Positions 14,201 through 25,962 of a stretch of DNA of 64,000 nt are shown piece after piece; within the stretch, counting starts at the first letter, position 1; each line of letters starts with the position of its first letter. The stretch is from Stylophora pistillata (Eukaryota): contig NW_019217861.1 of assembly GCF_002571385.2 (NCBI RefSeq), positions 261,766-325,765 of the forward strand, in the 5' to 3' direction. The position numbers and the translations under genes were made by a program. Under the pieces are notes generated by a model. That model was given only the letters and a program-made list of their open reading frames with translations. It was not told the origin of the DNA and ran no database searches.

Positions 14201-15913
14201 TCACGGTCCCTCATTATAAGCAAACTCCTAGGCAAATTAGGACGAAGATTGTGCGACGGACAAGCATACCATCCAGGAATAGCTGCAAAATTCGACCGTA
14301 ACCTTTGGTAGTCATGAACCAATTAACTCGTAAGAGTTAACCTTCGTTTACAAAGCCGTAGATATAGCCTCTTCAAAGCCCTCTTTTCAAAAGAACCATG
14401 TCTTCTAACATAATGAGAGATACTTTCTTCATCTGTAGGAGGCTTGGGTATCAATCTGACGGCCGCCAATGTTGTGATCTTGCACGACGTTGACTTTAAT
14501 CCGTACAACGACAAACAAGCAGAGGATCGGTGTCATCGGGTGGGTCAAACCAGGTACGTAGGGGTAACGGGTAGAGTAATTTCTTGGACCCTTCATTCAT
14601 GGGGCGACATTTGGACTAGAAAATTTCCCTTGAACATATTTGTCCCTTCAACGAAGATGGCGTGCAATAAAGGTGTGGTGCCAGAGTTACAAGAACCTTT
14701 TTTCAGTGGGAATTAAGGTGTGTCTCTTGGATAGAGGTGTCACGGAAGAGAGGAGCTGATAAAGGCATAAAATCAAATGGGATTCACCGCTTCATAAAGT
14801 GACGTTATGTTTACCTAACCAAGCCGGAGAATTTAACAGTACGCTTTTTGTCCGTGTTTACACAATTCTGATCCAATCTGAGTTCAGAACAACTCCGGAT
14901 ATACGGTGTGGTCCGCATGTGAAAGGAATTTAGTTTGAATAAAGCTTGAGTGAGATTAATCTGTTGGACCTGAAATGAACCAGATGAGTTGTCATGTCCT
15001 GTTGAACTGATTGACCATTACTTTAATATTCCCTTGCCTTGTTCTATGTGATTTATTCGACAACATTCTCCCCTCAGGTCTGTGACAGTGTATCGGCTGA
15101 TTGCTAAAAACACTGTAGAGGAAGCGATTCTCCAATGTGCGCAGACCAAGCTTCGACTGGAGCAGGATATGGCCCTAGCTGGTGAGTTAAAATTTTACAC
15201 TTCTATCACTTGGCTCTGACGCTCTTTAAAGCGCAGTTTCGCGTTATTTTGCTTCCTCTTGCTTTTTCTTACCATTATCGTGCAATCTCTGGGGTTCCCC
15301 GTGGGTCTTGCTTCATAAACGTTTTTTTTTTTGTCTTCGGCAAAGTTCGTAACAGGAGTAAAAAAATTAGTGCAAAATAAATATTAATCTCAGCGCGCCG
15401 GAAATCGATATTTTTTCACTGATTTTTTTTTTGTTTTTTTGGTTTTTTTTTTTTTTGGTTTTTGTTTTGACTCGGGTGACGAACTTTACTGGAAAGGAGG
15501 GGCTGCTGGTAGCTTAATTTTTATTTCTTGACTTTTGGTTCGTTTGTTTGTCCAGGTTTAAAAACTGATGCATAATACCTAGTCCACTCCTTTGTAATTT
15601 TCATAAACCACTCCGAAAAATAAATAAATGATAGAACAAAAAGGATAAGAAAGGACAACTTTTGTTGACGTTCTTCGAACCACTAAGATACACGAGGACG
15701 CGGCAAATACAAATGAAATAAATGAAGCGCAAAACTGACAGGAGACCAACTTGTTAGCTTTTGGAAATGTTCATTATCTTGATAAATCCGGCGATAGCTG
15801 CGAAGAACAGTTGCTGATTTCTTGAAACGATATTTCCTTGTTTTTTTTCAGACGATACAAAATCTGCGAAAGATGTGTCAGAACTCCTTAAAGATGTGTT
15901 CAGTTCATCATGA
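2226..15913 (+). CDS. SMARCAD1: SMARCAD1/Fun30/Etl1-family SNF2 chromatin remodeller, 23 coding exons, about 881 aa
   Basis: Phase-consistent GT-AG exons: 2226-2601, 3864-4055, 4994-5056, 5690-5883, 6176-6214, 6443-6556, 6827-6900, 7175-7265, 7357-7456, 7621-7680, 8240-8315, 8586-8721, 9343-9483, 9716-9808, 10377-10494, 11528-11649, 11935-12030, 12626-12718, 13299-13417, 13853-13920, 14439-14553, 15078-15181, 15852-15913 (2646 nt). Motifs: [101 protein letters not shown]. The Fun30-type HhH/SAM-key segment [25 protein letters not shown] is also present. Confidence 0.95.
2837..3048. mobile_element. Short dispersed MITE-like repeat with (TTAA)CCCTT...AAGGG(TTAA)-type ends
   Basis: Related copies or fragments at about 4117-4306, 9500-9650, 11135-11505, 54459-54670 and 62630-62800 share attctcc...agaatttgg...ggagt.aaag.gttaa features. 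Confidence 0.55.
3174..3285. repeat. Palindromic MITE-like repeat
   Basis: attatttgcc...ggtgaatat...aataatctcc pairs with ggagattatt...atattcaccg...ggcgaataat as an imperfect hairpin. Confidence 0.55.
7745..8095. repeat. Degenerate 11-bp minisatellite (acccttcggaa) in SMARCAD1 intron 10
   Basis: About 30 diverged units such as gaaacccttcg gaaactttcg gagacccttt. Confidence 0.8.
9185..9380 (+). repeat. Tandem duplication (about 95 bp) of the intron 12 / exon 13 boundary of SMARCAD1
   Basis: 9185-9277 mirrors 9278-9377, encoding [12 protein letters not shown] versus [13 protein letters not shown]. Confidence 0.85.
10629..10731. repeat. 20-bp tandem repeat (atcaaccggataaaatcgtt) x5
   Basis: Directly visible tandem units. 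Confidence 0.9.
11168..11352. mobile_element. TIR MITE (CAGTGGCGGATC-type ends) nested in another repeat, with internal (GT)n
   Basis: cagtggcagatccaga ... tctagatccgccactg, flanked by accccc / acccct. Confidence 0.75.
12178..12355. mobile_element. Tc1/mariner-pogo (Tigger-like) MITE
   Basis: 23-bp TIR cagtggaacctcgatttaacgaa / ttcgtcaaatctaggttccactg (2 mismatches) with TA on both sides. Confidence 0.85.
14005..14290 (+). mobile_element. Degraded tRNA-head SINE-like repeat containing a ~35-bp direct duplication (about 14140-14218)
   Basis: tggcgatccaatggttagcg head, gtgtccctgggtaggacg...ctctc.cggtgcctctc body, and duplicated gaaaggatggagttaactcacggtccct.attata. Confidence 0.45.
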
Positions 15914-16386
15914 TGCATAAGAGCAATTAATATGTTCGATTAGCATAATGAGTTTGTTAGCAAAAGTTAAATTGAGTATGGTTAAAATTGAATTTGACGA
16001 TTCAAATATCTGGAGAATGCCTTAATCGTAGAATTGTAGTAATAAGACTTGTTTACTCTAAAAATAAGACTATTTTGAACATTAGAAACAGTAGTGCATA
16101 GCATAACTTAGATGCGATCAATCTAGGAAAAAAAACTGTACTTTTGTAAGAGTTTTTTAGCCGTTTTTATTCCTTGGGTTTTTTTGGCTTGTTTCTTTGT
16201 TTGTTTTTTTTCATGAGGCACAATCGAACAGTAAGGGCTTTTCAAAAATTTATTTTATTTACTAAACCGAAAGAAAGTAATTGTGTTCATATATATCATG
16301 GTATTAAATCGCAAGAAAGTGTCATTTATTCGTGTGGTCTTTGGTGTGCAAAAGGTACAAAACCCGTGTTCCATTGTTTAATACTA

Positions 16387-19300
16387 TCAGTGATAGTTGG
16401 TGTTAATATTCCTAAGCGGCTTCTTGCCCTTAACAGATGGCTCAGGAGCTTTTAAGCCAGGAAATTGCGTCGTAATTTCTCCCGTGTCTGTGCTTGCTGT
16501 AACGTTTTTCGTTGGACGGCGTGTTCTAGAGCGAGGCGGTCTATTTCTTGTAAGTTGTACGAGTTGAGGGGTGTACGACTCTAAACAAGCAAACAAAGGG
16601 AAAAAACGACGCGTTACTATTAAGAGGTCGTTATGCTCTCCAATTTTATTGAACTGAAAAAAAATTGGGTTCCATTTTTTTAGAGGAGCTGACTTGGTTT
16701 ATTCATTGACTGAGGTCTGATTGTCTCAAGCACGTGAATAGCCGTTGTCAGTCTAAGAAGTACGTCCAACGGTTAAGCTAAGGACTTTCGCTACAGACGG
16801 TTCTGCAACGGACGGCTTAAAAAAATCAGTTCTCGGTGAATTCCAGCGTGGAAACGACTTGCTTTGATTGCGGTCTTATACACGACGCACTAACGAAACG
16901 CTCTTACTTAACATGCATAACGCTGCACATGCCAGCCTGTTTATACTTACCTAGTCCACTAAAGGAAGAGGGTTTTTCCTCACAGTTCTCTTCTTCCTGT
17001 ATCCATGAACATTGTCTTGTTAACAGTTTTGGGGACGAAAATGTTGCTTCAGCTGTAGCTTGTGTAGACCTAGAACGGACAAAGAAAACCGTTCGTTAGA
17101 AAGTCCACTTTCCATCCCGTTGCCCTTCCGTCATTGAAGGGTAAACAAGTCGTCAGCATCGAGTGCGGGTCAAAACGAGTTTGGTCCCAGTCCCTTTCGT
17201 CAATATCCTGTCAAATGTAAGTACGCGTAACCAAAGATGTTTTATCGTGATGATGTGGTGCAGCGACATTTTTCGCGCATCGTTGCCTGGAGACGACCCA
17301 TAAAGGTCAAACAGCTCTCAAACATCGCTGGTGGTAAAGCCCAGCTGAACATTTCTATCAGCTGTTTTGACTTGTACACCTAAGACACTTTTAAGCTGTA
17401 AGTTTTCGGTTATGTTTCTTGTATTTCTCATTTCTAAATTGTTTCTTTATTTTCTATATTGATTAGTTTACACTAAATGTAAGCCAGGAATTTTACACTG
17501 TTAAGTGTAATATTTAAAATTATTGAAGCCTTTATTTCTTATTTTTCATGAGAAGCTTTGTTCCAACTTTGAATTACATTAAAAAACTCACCCAGAGGCT
17601 TGGCTGTGTTTGGAATCAAACATCTACAGGAACATAAGTAATAAAAACTTGATTGAAATATTGCTTTGCACTTGTCTTGCCATTCTACTAAAAATGTACG
17701 TGTAGAGTAGTAAAATAGGCGGATTATTGAACATTGACTCTGGACAGTGTTAAATGAAGCCAAATCATGGTATCATCCTATCCTCTAGTCCAAGGATCAA
17801 GGAGATGTGGAATGCTTTATACACTGTTAGCAGGTTTTCTGTATTGTGGTTTTTCTCACCTATATATCAAACAACAAGCCACTGCGCCCCAACGTTAACT
17901 ACTCGGCAACTAGCCTGCAGAACAGACGTAGTTTTTTTGGCGTTTCTTAGTCGAACGGATGCGAACACAAGGGGAGTACAAAGTGCGAGTCACGTGCGAG
18001 GTGATAGGAGAAAAAAAATCTAACTTTCGCGCTCCTCCTCAAGCGCGCGACTCGTGCTTGCCTCGCGTTTGCTTCCGTTCCCCTGAAAACGGGAAAACTG
18101 AAACTACGCCTGTTCTTCAGCCTACTTGGCGACCGGTTCATGGATCAAGATGAAACGCGAATGCGTTCTACGGCAATTGTATCAAAATGTGCAGCACACA
18201 CTTGGAAAGGCTGTGCAATCTTCAATAAAAACTCTCAATTAGCTACAATAATGGCATACCTCAATCGGTTTGTCGAGAGAAAACTGTGCTGTGCTTAGGT
18301 CCAGAGATTTCACTCTTAGCCTGCCGCTTTCGCAAGCTCTAATTCCAGTGCTACAATGTATGATATCAAAAGTAAAACCTATTAATTAACTGATGAGAAC
18401 TGCTTACAAAGGAAAAGCAAAAAGGGGTTTATTTAATGTTCTGCCTGGAATGAATATTTATACTTACTAATTCTTATTTTTTTTTATTTATTTCTTATTT
18501 TTTTGTTGTTATTGCGGCAAGTTTCCTCATATGACGTTATCTAGGGAAAACAAACTCTTACATGCAAAAATTGGATCTTTGGACCTTTTGGCAGAAAAGA
18601 TCAGAACAGAAGAAACCAAGAAAATTTTATTAGGACACCATTACGGCAAAGAGCACTCTTAATCAGCCGACATTTTAACAAGTGCTACATGTCTGTTTTA
18701 TTGCTATGATTACCCATTGGATTATAAGCTCGACTATTGTAATTGTTTTGACGTAAACTTACTTTTTTCCCAGAACTTGACTAAAAGACACTGGTGTTTT
18801 TTAATGATATACACCTGTCTTACTGGCTACCAAGGAATAGATAGCTAGCTAGTAGCCTAGCCAATTAGATTGCAGCATTTGTGGTAAAACTCGATTGATA
18901 TCAACTTGCAAAGGATACGACGGACGTAAAATTTAAAATTTTTTGAAAATTGCTATTTGTAGCTCTTAAAAACTGTAAATTATATTGACTTACCGAGGGG
19001 TCTGGTTTTGCTTTGAATTAAATCTCTACGGGAAAGTATTAAAAAAATGAAAATTACATCTATGCAACGAAAAGTTCTCCAGATATACCAGAAGACCGAG
19101 TTGGTTGTATATAAGCCAGGGAAGAATAACTAAAGTACTGCTTAAATTGTTATTTTGGCTTTTAAATCGATGAAGTTCATCGGCTAACTGCGTTTGTTGA
19201 TATAGGATAATTCCATGGAAAGTGTATATGAACGATTTTTATTCACGAGTTACCCGCATCAAAAAAACGAACGAGTAACTGCAGCAAACGAGAGAGGCTG

Positions 19301-20991
19301 TTGATGCATTGTAACGAGTGGGTAAATATCGTTCAAGCACTTTCCGTGGTATGATGTTTTTATTTTTACTGTTTAGTTTTAGCAAAACAAAAACCTATTA
19401 GGACTTAGTCCCTCGCGGTTTTCCTCGATTTAGGCAGTTCGGTTGATTTTGCTTTGAGTTCTCATTGGCTCTCAAATGTATTTTCCTCTTACTACTTTGG
19501 TTTTGGTCTTAAGACACTCGAGTCGAAAAGATCACTATCTCAAATCTTGTTTTATGTGCATTATGCGTCTTTGTTGCGAGCAAGTGGCTGCATTTACACT
19601 TTGCTTGTCATGAGAAATTAAAACAGTGATGGCAAAAAGTACCCTAAATAATGAGGACATACCTCAATCGGTTTGTCGAGAGAAAAATGAGCTCTGCCTA
19701 CGTCGATTGACTTCGATCTTCTACTACTTTCTTCTCCAGAGCTACAAGAGAATGAAATAAAGGTCGTATCGATGTTATAAGTCAATGAATGACGAGGGGG
19801 GGAGTTTCTAAAAAACTGTGGTGTTGCGTCAGCGGGAGAATATAAAAAGTAATTTGACGAAGGACTAACGCTGGAAACGTCAGCTTGAAAACTCTTTACG
19901 GTGGCTAATTTACACTCTCAACTCAGTTAATCAATCCAAATTATGAAAATTCATTACTTGACGAGGGAATTCCGCATTAAATTGCACGCGAAAACCGATA
20001 AGTTTGAATGCTTTTGACTGTTAAAATAATATTTTTTTGTAATCAACAGGTGGATCACGGGCGCCCCAGCCTTTTCTCTCCTACCAGCTTCGCCATCGGT
20101 CTCTCGCCGACCAAATTTATTAATGTCTTCTGCTACACTATCGAGGAGACCTGAAAAAATGTCGGAAACCTGTGTTGAACTAGACAGGCAGGGAAATTAT
20201 ACTTGTACTATAGATTACAGATTAAATGAACTTGAAAACTCAGCCGGTGAGAAATAGAGACCAGTCAACTGCTGGGTAAGATATTTTTCATTCCTACATA
20301 AAAGTGACTGAAAAAAAAAAAAAAAAAACAGGCAAGTTGCTAAGTCTTTCGGTCATTCTGATGTAGGAGACCTGGTGGTCGGAGCACCTGACCTTACTCT
20401 TCTGTTCCGGAAATCATGGTCTTTCGCAGTTCTCATAAATGTCGTAGTTTGTGGATTGGTAGAAAATCATAAGGTCGAATAAGTCGTGCTATTGCAACGG
20501 ATGTTCCCTAAACTTTAATATGCGATAAATAGAGGGCTATATTGTAACAACATCGTAGAATTACTTCATTTCCATTCCAGACTTGCTCACTGAGTTCAGG
20601 GCATTTCCACGCATGGAATATAACCTTACCTGAAGGCTTGACTTTGTTTCGAGCGATACTCCTTGAAAAAGAACAAGATTCAATCATACATTGTGTGTAC
20701 GATCTACATGATCTAAATTCCTTAAACTGCAGTCCTAGGTTAATATTATTTATCATTGAAGCCCCGGTCATACATAAGTTTAGTTTAGCAACAAGTCAAT
20801 GTAACTCAACAGAGAGACTGTGTTTGTAGTGAAATGATAAACTGAACTGAACGTTGTACCGAACGTAAAACCATGGAGTGGGCATGCCGTAAGCCTTTAG
20901 TTAGACTTACCTCAATTGGTTTGTCCAGGGAAAAATCCGTCTTGCCTATGTCAAACGATTTCTCTCTCCCCATTTTGTTTTCTCGGGACAT
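16387..20991 (-). CDS. Unnamed 219-aa low-complexity protein: three tandem FSLDKPIE repeats plus a C-terminal CPI-like motif, 8 exons
   Basis: Exons 5' to 3': 20991-20911, 20661-20630, 19741-19663, 19025-18994, 18350-18260, 17623-17592, 17069-16951, 16580-16387. All are GT-AG, phases close (0,2,0,2,0,2,1), total 660 nt, no internal stop. Protein: MSRENKMGREKSFDIGKTDFSLDKPIE EYRSKQSQAFS SGEESSRRSKSIDVGRAHFSLDKPIE RFNSKQNQTPR TGIRACESGRLRVKSLDLSTAQFSLDKPIE MFDSKHSQASG STQATAEATFSSPKLLTRQCSWIQEEENCEEKPSSFSGLE SYTPQLVQLTRNRPPRSRTRRPTKNVTASTDTGEITTQFPGLKAPEPSVKGKKPLRNINTNYH. Differences within FSLDKPIE are all synonymous. Confidence 0.8.
17910..18124. mobile_element. TIR MITE in an intron of the hidden gene
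   Basis: Imperfect inverted ends tagcctgcagaacagacgtagttt ... aaactacgcctgttcttcagccta. Confidence 0.7.
19200..19365. repeat. Palindromic dispersed repeat (same family as 45122-45277)
   Basis: ccatggaaagtg...aacgattttt attcacgagtt ... aacgagtgggtaaatatcgttcaagcactttccgtgg. Confidence 0.7.
19790..19943 (+). mobile_element. Short Penelope-derived non-coding repeat
   Basis: gacgaaggactaacgctggaaacgtcagct...ctttacggtggctaattta matches the 3' non-coding end of the Penelope copy at 35880-35950. Relatives at about 6590-6680 (-), 47375-47435 and 58221-58350. Confidence 0.6.
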
Positions 20992-21039
20992 ATCACTAGA
21001 CGTACAAGCTTTCTAGTCCATAGCGAGTTCGGCTACATT

Positions 21040-21090
21040 GTTTCTTTTATGACGTACTTGATTTCGTCATAATGGCTGCGCGTGCACTCT
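21040..21090 (-). promoter_or_regulatory. Candidate core promoter of the hidden CPI gene
   Basis: The minus strand reads gcgcagccattatgacgaaatcaagtacgtcataaaag (CRE half-sites and TATA-like cataaaag) about 50-90 nt upstream of the ATG, with no polypyrimidine acceptor. Confidence 0.3.
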
Positions 21091-24000
21091 GTTCATCGCT
21101 GTCAAAAAGTGAAACCCGACATGAAGGTCATTAACAACAACGACGAAAATTTGTTTATTCATAGAAATTGTAAGTCATCATTTAGATAGGCCATGGCAAT
21201 GGCCAAGGGCAAAAGGCAAAAGACAATAGGCAAAGTGTTATGCAACAGCACAGTGTTGTCAAACCAGTATATTTATGTCGGTAACTTACGCTTTTTTGCT
21301 CGTACGTTCTCTTAACTACTTTTATTTCTGTGTTCGGCGACCTATATATCCAAAGTCTGTTTATAATAACTAAACAATGGCCGCCAATAAGAAAGCATGA
21401 TCACAATCTTTTAGTTATGGGGAATTTGAATGATAATTTCTCGCTATGCCTCCAACTGAAGGAAAATTAACTTTTCTCTTGGTCGGTCAGTTAAGGCGCG
21501 GGTATGGCGCACGCACGACCGGTTCATCGTGGGGTTCGCACTGACTTATGGGATATGCACACGGGAAACACTTCGCAGAAACAGCAGGGTGCGATAAATC
21601 CATTTACGAGAAGGAATAGCTTTATTGCAAACTACGTATGAATTTCGAAAGTAGACCAACAGCAAAAAAAGATTTGTACAGTGGTATCTGTTGCTATTTG
21701 AAACCGTGTAGCTCTAAATTTGACTCTTTTAATCTTTTTCGGATTTTCCTCCATTTCAAATTACTAGGAATTCAGAGATTAAGATTTTTATTTCTCTAAT
21801 CTTGGGAGCCATTAATTTTTTTTATCTAAACAGACTATGAACATATAGGTCACTGGTCCTTTTTAATTTTCGTACTAGTGAGGAGACTCACTCTATTTAA
21901 ACGTAGCAGTCCATACCATTTTGTGGCTAGTGGACTGAATCGTAACTTTGAGTCGTTTGACTTTCTCGTGATTATTGAAAGAAAGCAACCCCATAAAAAT
22001 TCATGGAAACTCAATAGCTGTCCAGAGGATGGATTAATATGCATTTTTTATTTACTTAAGCCCAGTATTAGTCTCTACGCTGGACGTTTCAATCCTCTTA
22101 TTACTAATGTCTTATCGTCTATCGTCCTCCATTACTTACCAAACGATCCTTAAAAATATCAAGTGTTTGTATAAATTATTACCTCTGCGCTATAACCACT
22201 AAAGAAACAATCTTCAAAACATAATTTTACAAGTTTTACCAGTCTTTATCACGGAAATCTGACATACATTGGTCTTTTTATCCGCTCCATTTTCCTATGG
22301 AGATTTTGCACTGGTGTGGGCAAAGCAGGTTTTGCCAACTGCTCTGTTTATTTTGTCACATGGTAGGAATTTCATAATGGCAAATGGAAAAAAAAGCACT
22401 AAATGTGTTTGGTGGTTATGGAACAAATGTCCTTTGCAACCGCGGAAACTCTATCATTTTAAGAATCCCTCTGTTAAGGCGTCCGGCACGAAACCAAGAT
22501 ATCCGGCGCATTCTGGGTGCTTCGTACGTTTGAATAAGTCAGGAAGCAGAAGGCCTAACTAATTATAATTAGCTCGGCCGCTCAGATAAATAGAAATTTG
22601 CTTTTATGTTGTTGGGAGTGCTGACGGGAAAGGGACTAATTTTTCATTCCCGAGATATCCGGGACAATAGCCTTGACGTCAACACGAGTTTTGTTTCAGT
22701 TTACCGCCTGCGGCGATAACACGTTTTATTTATACGTTTTCCCGGTCAACAAGAGGCGTATCTGGCGGTTGTTTGTCCTTCAGAACAAAGCTGCAAGCGG
22801 TTAGCGCGCAAAGGTAAGCAGAATTAACATCTGACATTAGATAATACAAAACCAACTGTTCTGCCTCTCCATGTAATGAATGAGCGCACTAGCTGTGCGA
22901 AACAGGAAGAGATGAATCAGTGTTAAAGTTCGTATTTACAATTCAGTTGACTTCGAACCGAATATAGCATATTTATGTTTTCGCCGTAGAGTCTTTTTTA
23001 GTCTCTAAGAGTGCGAAATATTTGGCATTACCAGTGAAGTTTAGCGAGTGAACATCGAGCAATCCGGCTTTAATGTTGAAATGTTCGTTTTCTCTCGTAA
23101 TTTTCGCTGAGGCCGGTTCCTTTAAGTGTGGTATTTACGATGGATTAAGTCATGATGCAGAGAACTTTCGTCGTTGAAGATTAGACTCCTTGAATTGCAC
23201 GCTTGCATGTTCGTTTCTTGAGAATTGCACCCATGCATCAGAATATTAATTGCTCATTGATTACAAAGTCATACACGCATCCCTTAACAGACTTACGAAA
23301 AGATGAGCTTATTCAATTTTATGTAGGAGTATTTATTTTATCTTTGAAGTAGCTAGACACTAATATCAAAGCAAAACCACTGCATTTTTAAGCAATGTGC
23401 ATTCAATGAAATCCTTATCTCGGAATTTGTTCTGGACCAATTTTGACTCATTGTTACTCGAATTTGTTCCACGTGCATTCAAGATGTCATCGCATACAAT
23501 AAATTTCGGAAAATATTTGTCACTAGTGTCGGTTTCATGCATCGGTTTATTTTCTTTAGCATTACGGGGGCATAGGAACAGGATTATAACAATTTTATCG
23601 AAAAAATCCTGGAAAAACTCAAATCCTCTTATAATAATTCGCAAGTGATGCTGATGTTTTGGCTCAGAGTATTGACCATAAGGTCGTGACCTGGGCCATG
23701 CCACCCGCGCATCAGAGACGGAAAACTGGTACGACAAACTCGCCTGATTCACATCCGGTTAAAAGAAATTAAGTCATATCCGGTCGCAAAATGATGGCGG
23801 TGACAACGCGAACATTGGTCCGATTTAACAATATCTTTCGCTCAATTGTGAAGTGAAATGGCTGAATGCGGGTGATGTATTGATTTCACGTTCAATAAAA
23901 TACTGGCATTTGTTCTGTTCCGAAAATTAAAATCTTCCTCGCGCTTAGCTCTATAAAAACTAGCATTCGGATCTTCTTCTCCTATCCTCCGTTGCCCAGT

Positions 24001-25491
24001 CTCCAACACTGCCTTTGTTTGTTGTTGTTGCCTCGCGTGACTTTCGCTTCATTCCCAGAGAGCGTTTGTGAAAGAGAGAACGACTTGCGTGACAAGAACA
24101 AACATCGGCTGCAAAGATGACAAGCACCCATAGCGAAAACCATTTCGCCCAAACAACCTACATTTCAAGTCCAATGTTTTTCCTCATGGAAATACTCCTG
24201 ACTTTTCGCCCTTTAGGCCAGACTAGAAGGATGTTTTTCATGTGACTGGCTAAGGTTAGCCTGCTAAGTTCAGACACAACTAAACTAGAGTTGTCCTCTA
24301 TCAGTGCCTTCCGGCCCCCATAGTTGCCGTTTGTGAAGGAAGGATAAGTGCTGTTCATCTTGATCACTGATAACAGTGTGAGCCTGCATGGATGCATTCT
24401 TTAATGCCGAAAAAACTAATTTGAACGCAGATTGCTAACAAGTCTACCGCCAGGCTCTCCGTCAAGAGTGGAGACAAGTGAAGAGGATATGCGGGCGAAA
24501 ATAAGGCGGGAGATTAGGAAGTCCCCGAAAATTACTACGCGTCGCTTGTTCGTCCATGGATTGAGAGTCTGATAAAGGCTGTCGTGCTAACATGTCAGCA
24601 AGACGCTGGTACAGCGGTGACCTCTATGAAACCTTTTAGAGAGAAAAATTTGCACAGTCCTTGTTGCTGAATTTACAACATTTCTTTTTAAAATTGATTT
24701 CTCCCTGGAAAGATGAGCATCAGGCTTGAATTTCGCTGCTGTTTCGCGTCCAACCTCCGATTTAGGGCAGGTTCCCTTACGGAAAAGGTTCCCTTTAGCA
24801 AGCCCATCTTGGCGCTGACATTGTTTAAACTGTCCAGCCTCCTTTTTCACTTGCCGCTCTTAATACCTTAATGTCCCTTTATTATCTAAATTGAAATCTT
24901 TTACCATTTTAATTGTGACAGAGACGCAACAAAGGTATCAATTTGCTTCGCGAAGCTATTTTGAATTGAGACCTACGCGCGAATGGTTTCGCATAGTTTA
25001 TCACAAATTCGCTATTCAAAATTGTCAAAAAGATTGTATTTCAAAGGTATGTCAAAGGGAATTCATATCCTCTAATGTTGATTCTCTCAACCACAAACAT
25101 AATGAATTAAACATTTTCGTGCTTTAGGACAGTTTAAGCGCAGTTATCTGCCTGAGCAAGAGATATATCCTTTGATACAACGCCATATCAGATAAAAATA
25201 ATGATATTGCTCGGGCCTAATCACGTAACAGCATAATCATGGCACGATCGGTCTTTAAAAATTGCTTTTAGACCTACGTACATCCCTTAATTATCAAGTT
25301 CATTAGTCAGTGTCCGGAGTTACTAATTTAATTTGTGATGAAGGGATGAGAGATTAATGCACGGGTAAGGCCGCTAGTAAGAGCGTGCTAACAAGATTTC
25401 AGAACAGGTGAATATTTCAAAATGTGGTTATCTTGTGTATTTGTGTTTTACCCAAAACAAACCTTGCAACCGAGTTTTTTTTTCCTTGCAG

Positions 25492-25611
25492 ATAAGCCTT
25501 ATGCAATTGAAGTGGTCAAAAATTTCTCTCTCTCCTTATCTCTGGACATCACACTTCTCAGAAACGCTTAGGGCGTAAAGAGCGGCATTGAAAACGGACA
25601 TTAGTAAACAG
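25492..25611 (+). other. Probable 5' UTR exon of the TRAF gene
   Basis: Acceptor ttttttccttgcag and donor cag|gtatgt. An upstream donor is at 25408 and the next acceptor at 25861. It contains a short uORF from ATG 25501. Confidence 0.5.
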
Positions 25612-25962
25612 GTATGTCATTATCGGCAAATTTGAGATGTTATAACGTATTCAAAAGTAAGGATATACAAATGCTGCATTCCTAATCGTTCAGTATACAT
25701 ATAACCCAAATAGGTCATAACAACAGCACGGTACTGTAAACTGTAAACTTTACTTTAACTTTACTCTAACTGCACTTATCCGGTCAATCCAGTCTTTCCG
25801 GTAATTTACTCATTTCAACGTTGTGATATCTTCTTGTATTTTTTTCGCCTCAACACGACAGAAAAACGGCGCCGTGTACTTCCGTAGAGTTTTTGAGATT
25901 TCACTGAATTGTCAGATAACTGCCACATTGAAAGGGTCATCTCAGACTTCAATACATCAGGC

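Noticed and set aside
17242-17379. Possible extra minus-strand exon starting VYKSKQ (echoes the 32-nt exons)
   Set aside because: After exon 6 it reads into a stop within 7 codons and it is not needed to close the gene. It could be an alternative terminal exon, but there is no support.
19855-19884. Penelope-type minimal hammerhead ribozyme cores (also 5517-5547, 35880-35900, 58221-58245)
   Set aside because: The CUGANGA or GAAA boxes are mutated or truncated, or stem II does not pair, so none is supportable as active.
19948-20507. Exon-like minus-strand segments with good acceptors at about 20507, 20307 and 20150 (LLDSVAEDINKFGRRETDGEAGRREK)
   Set aside because: I could not join them in phase to the hidden gene without stops. 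They may be decayed or alternative exons.
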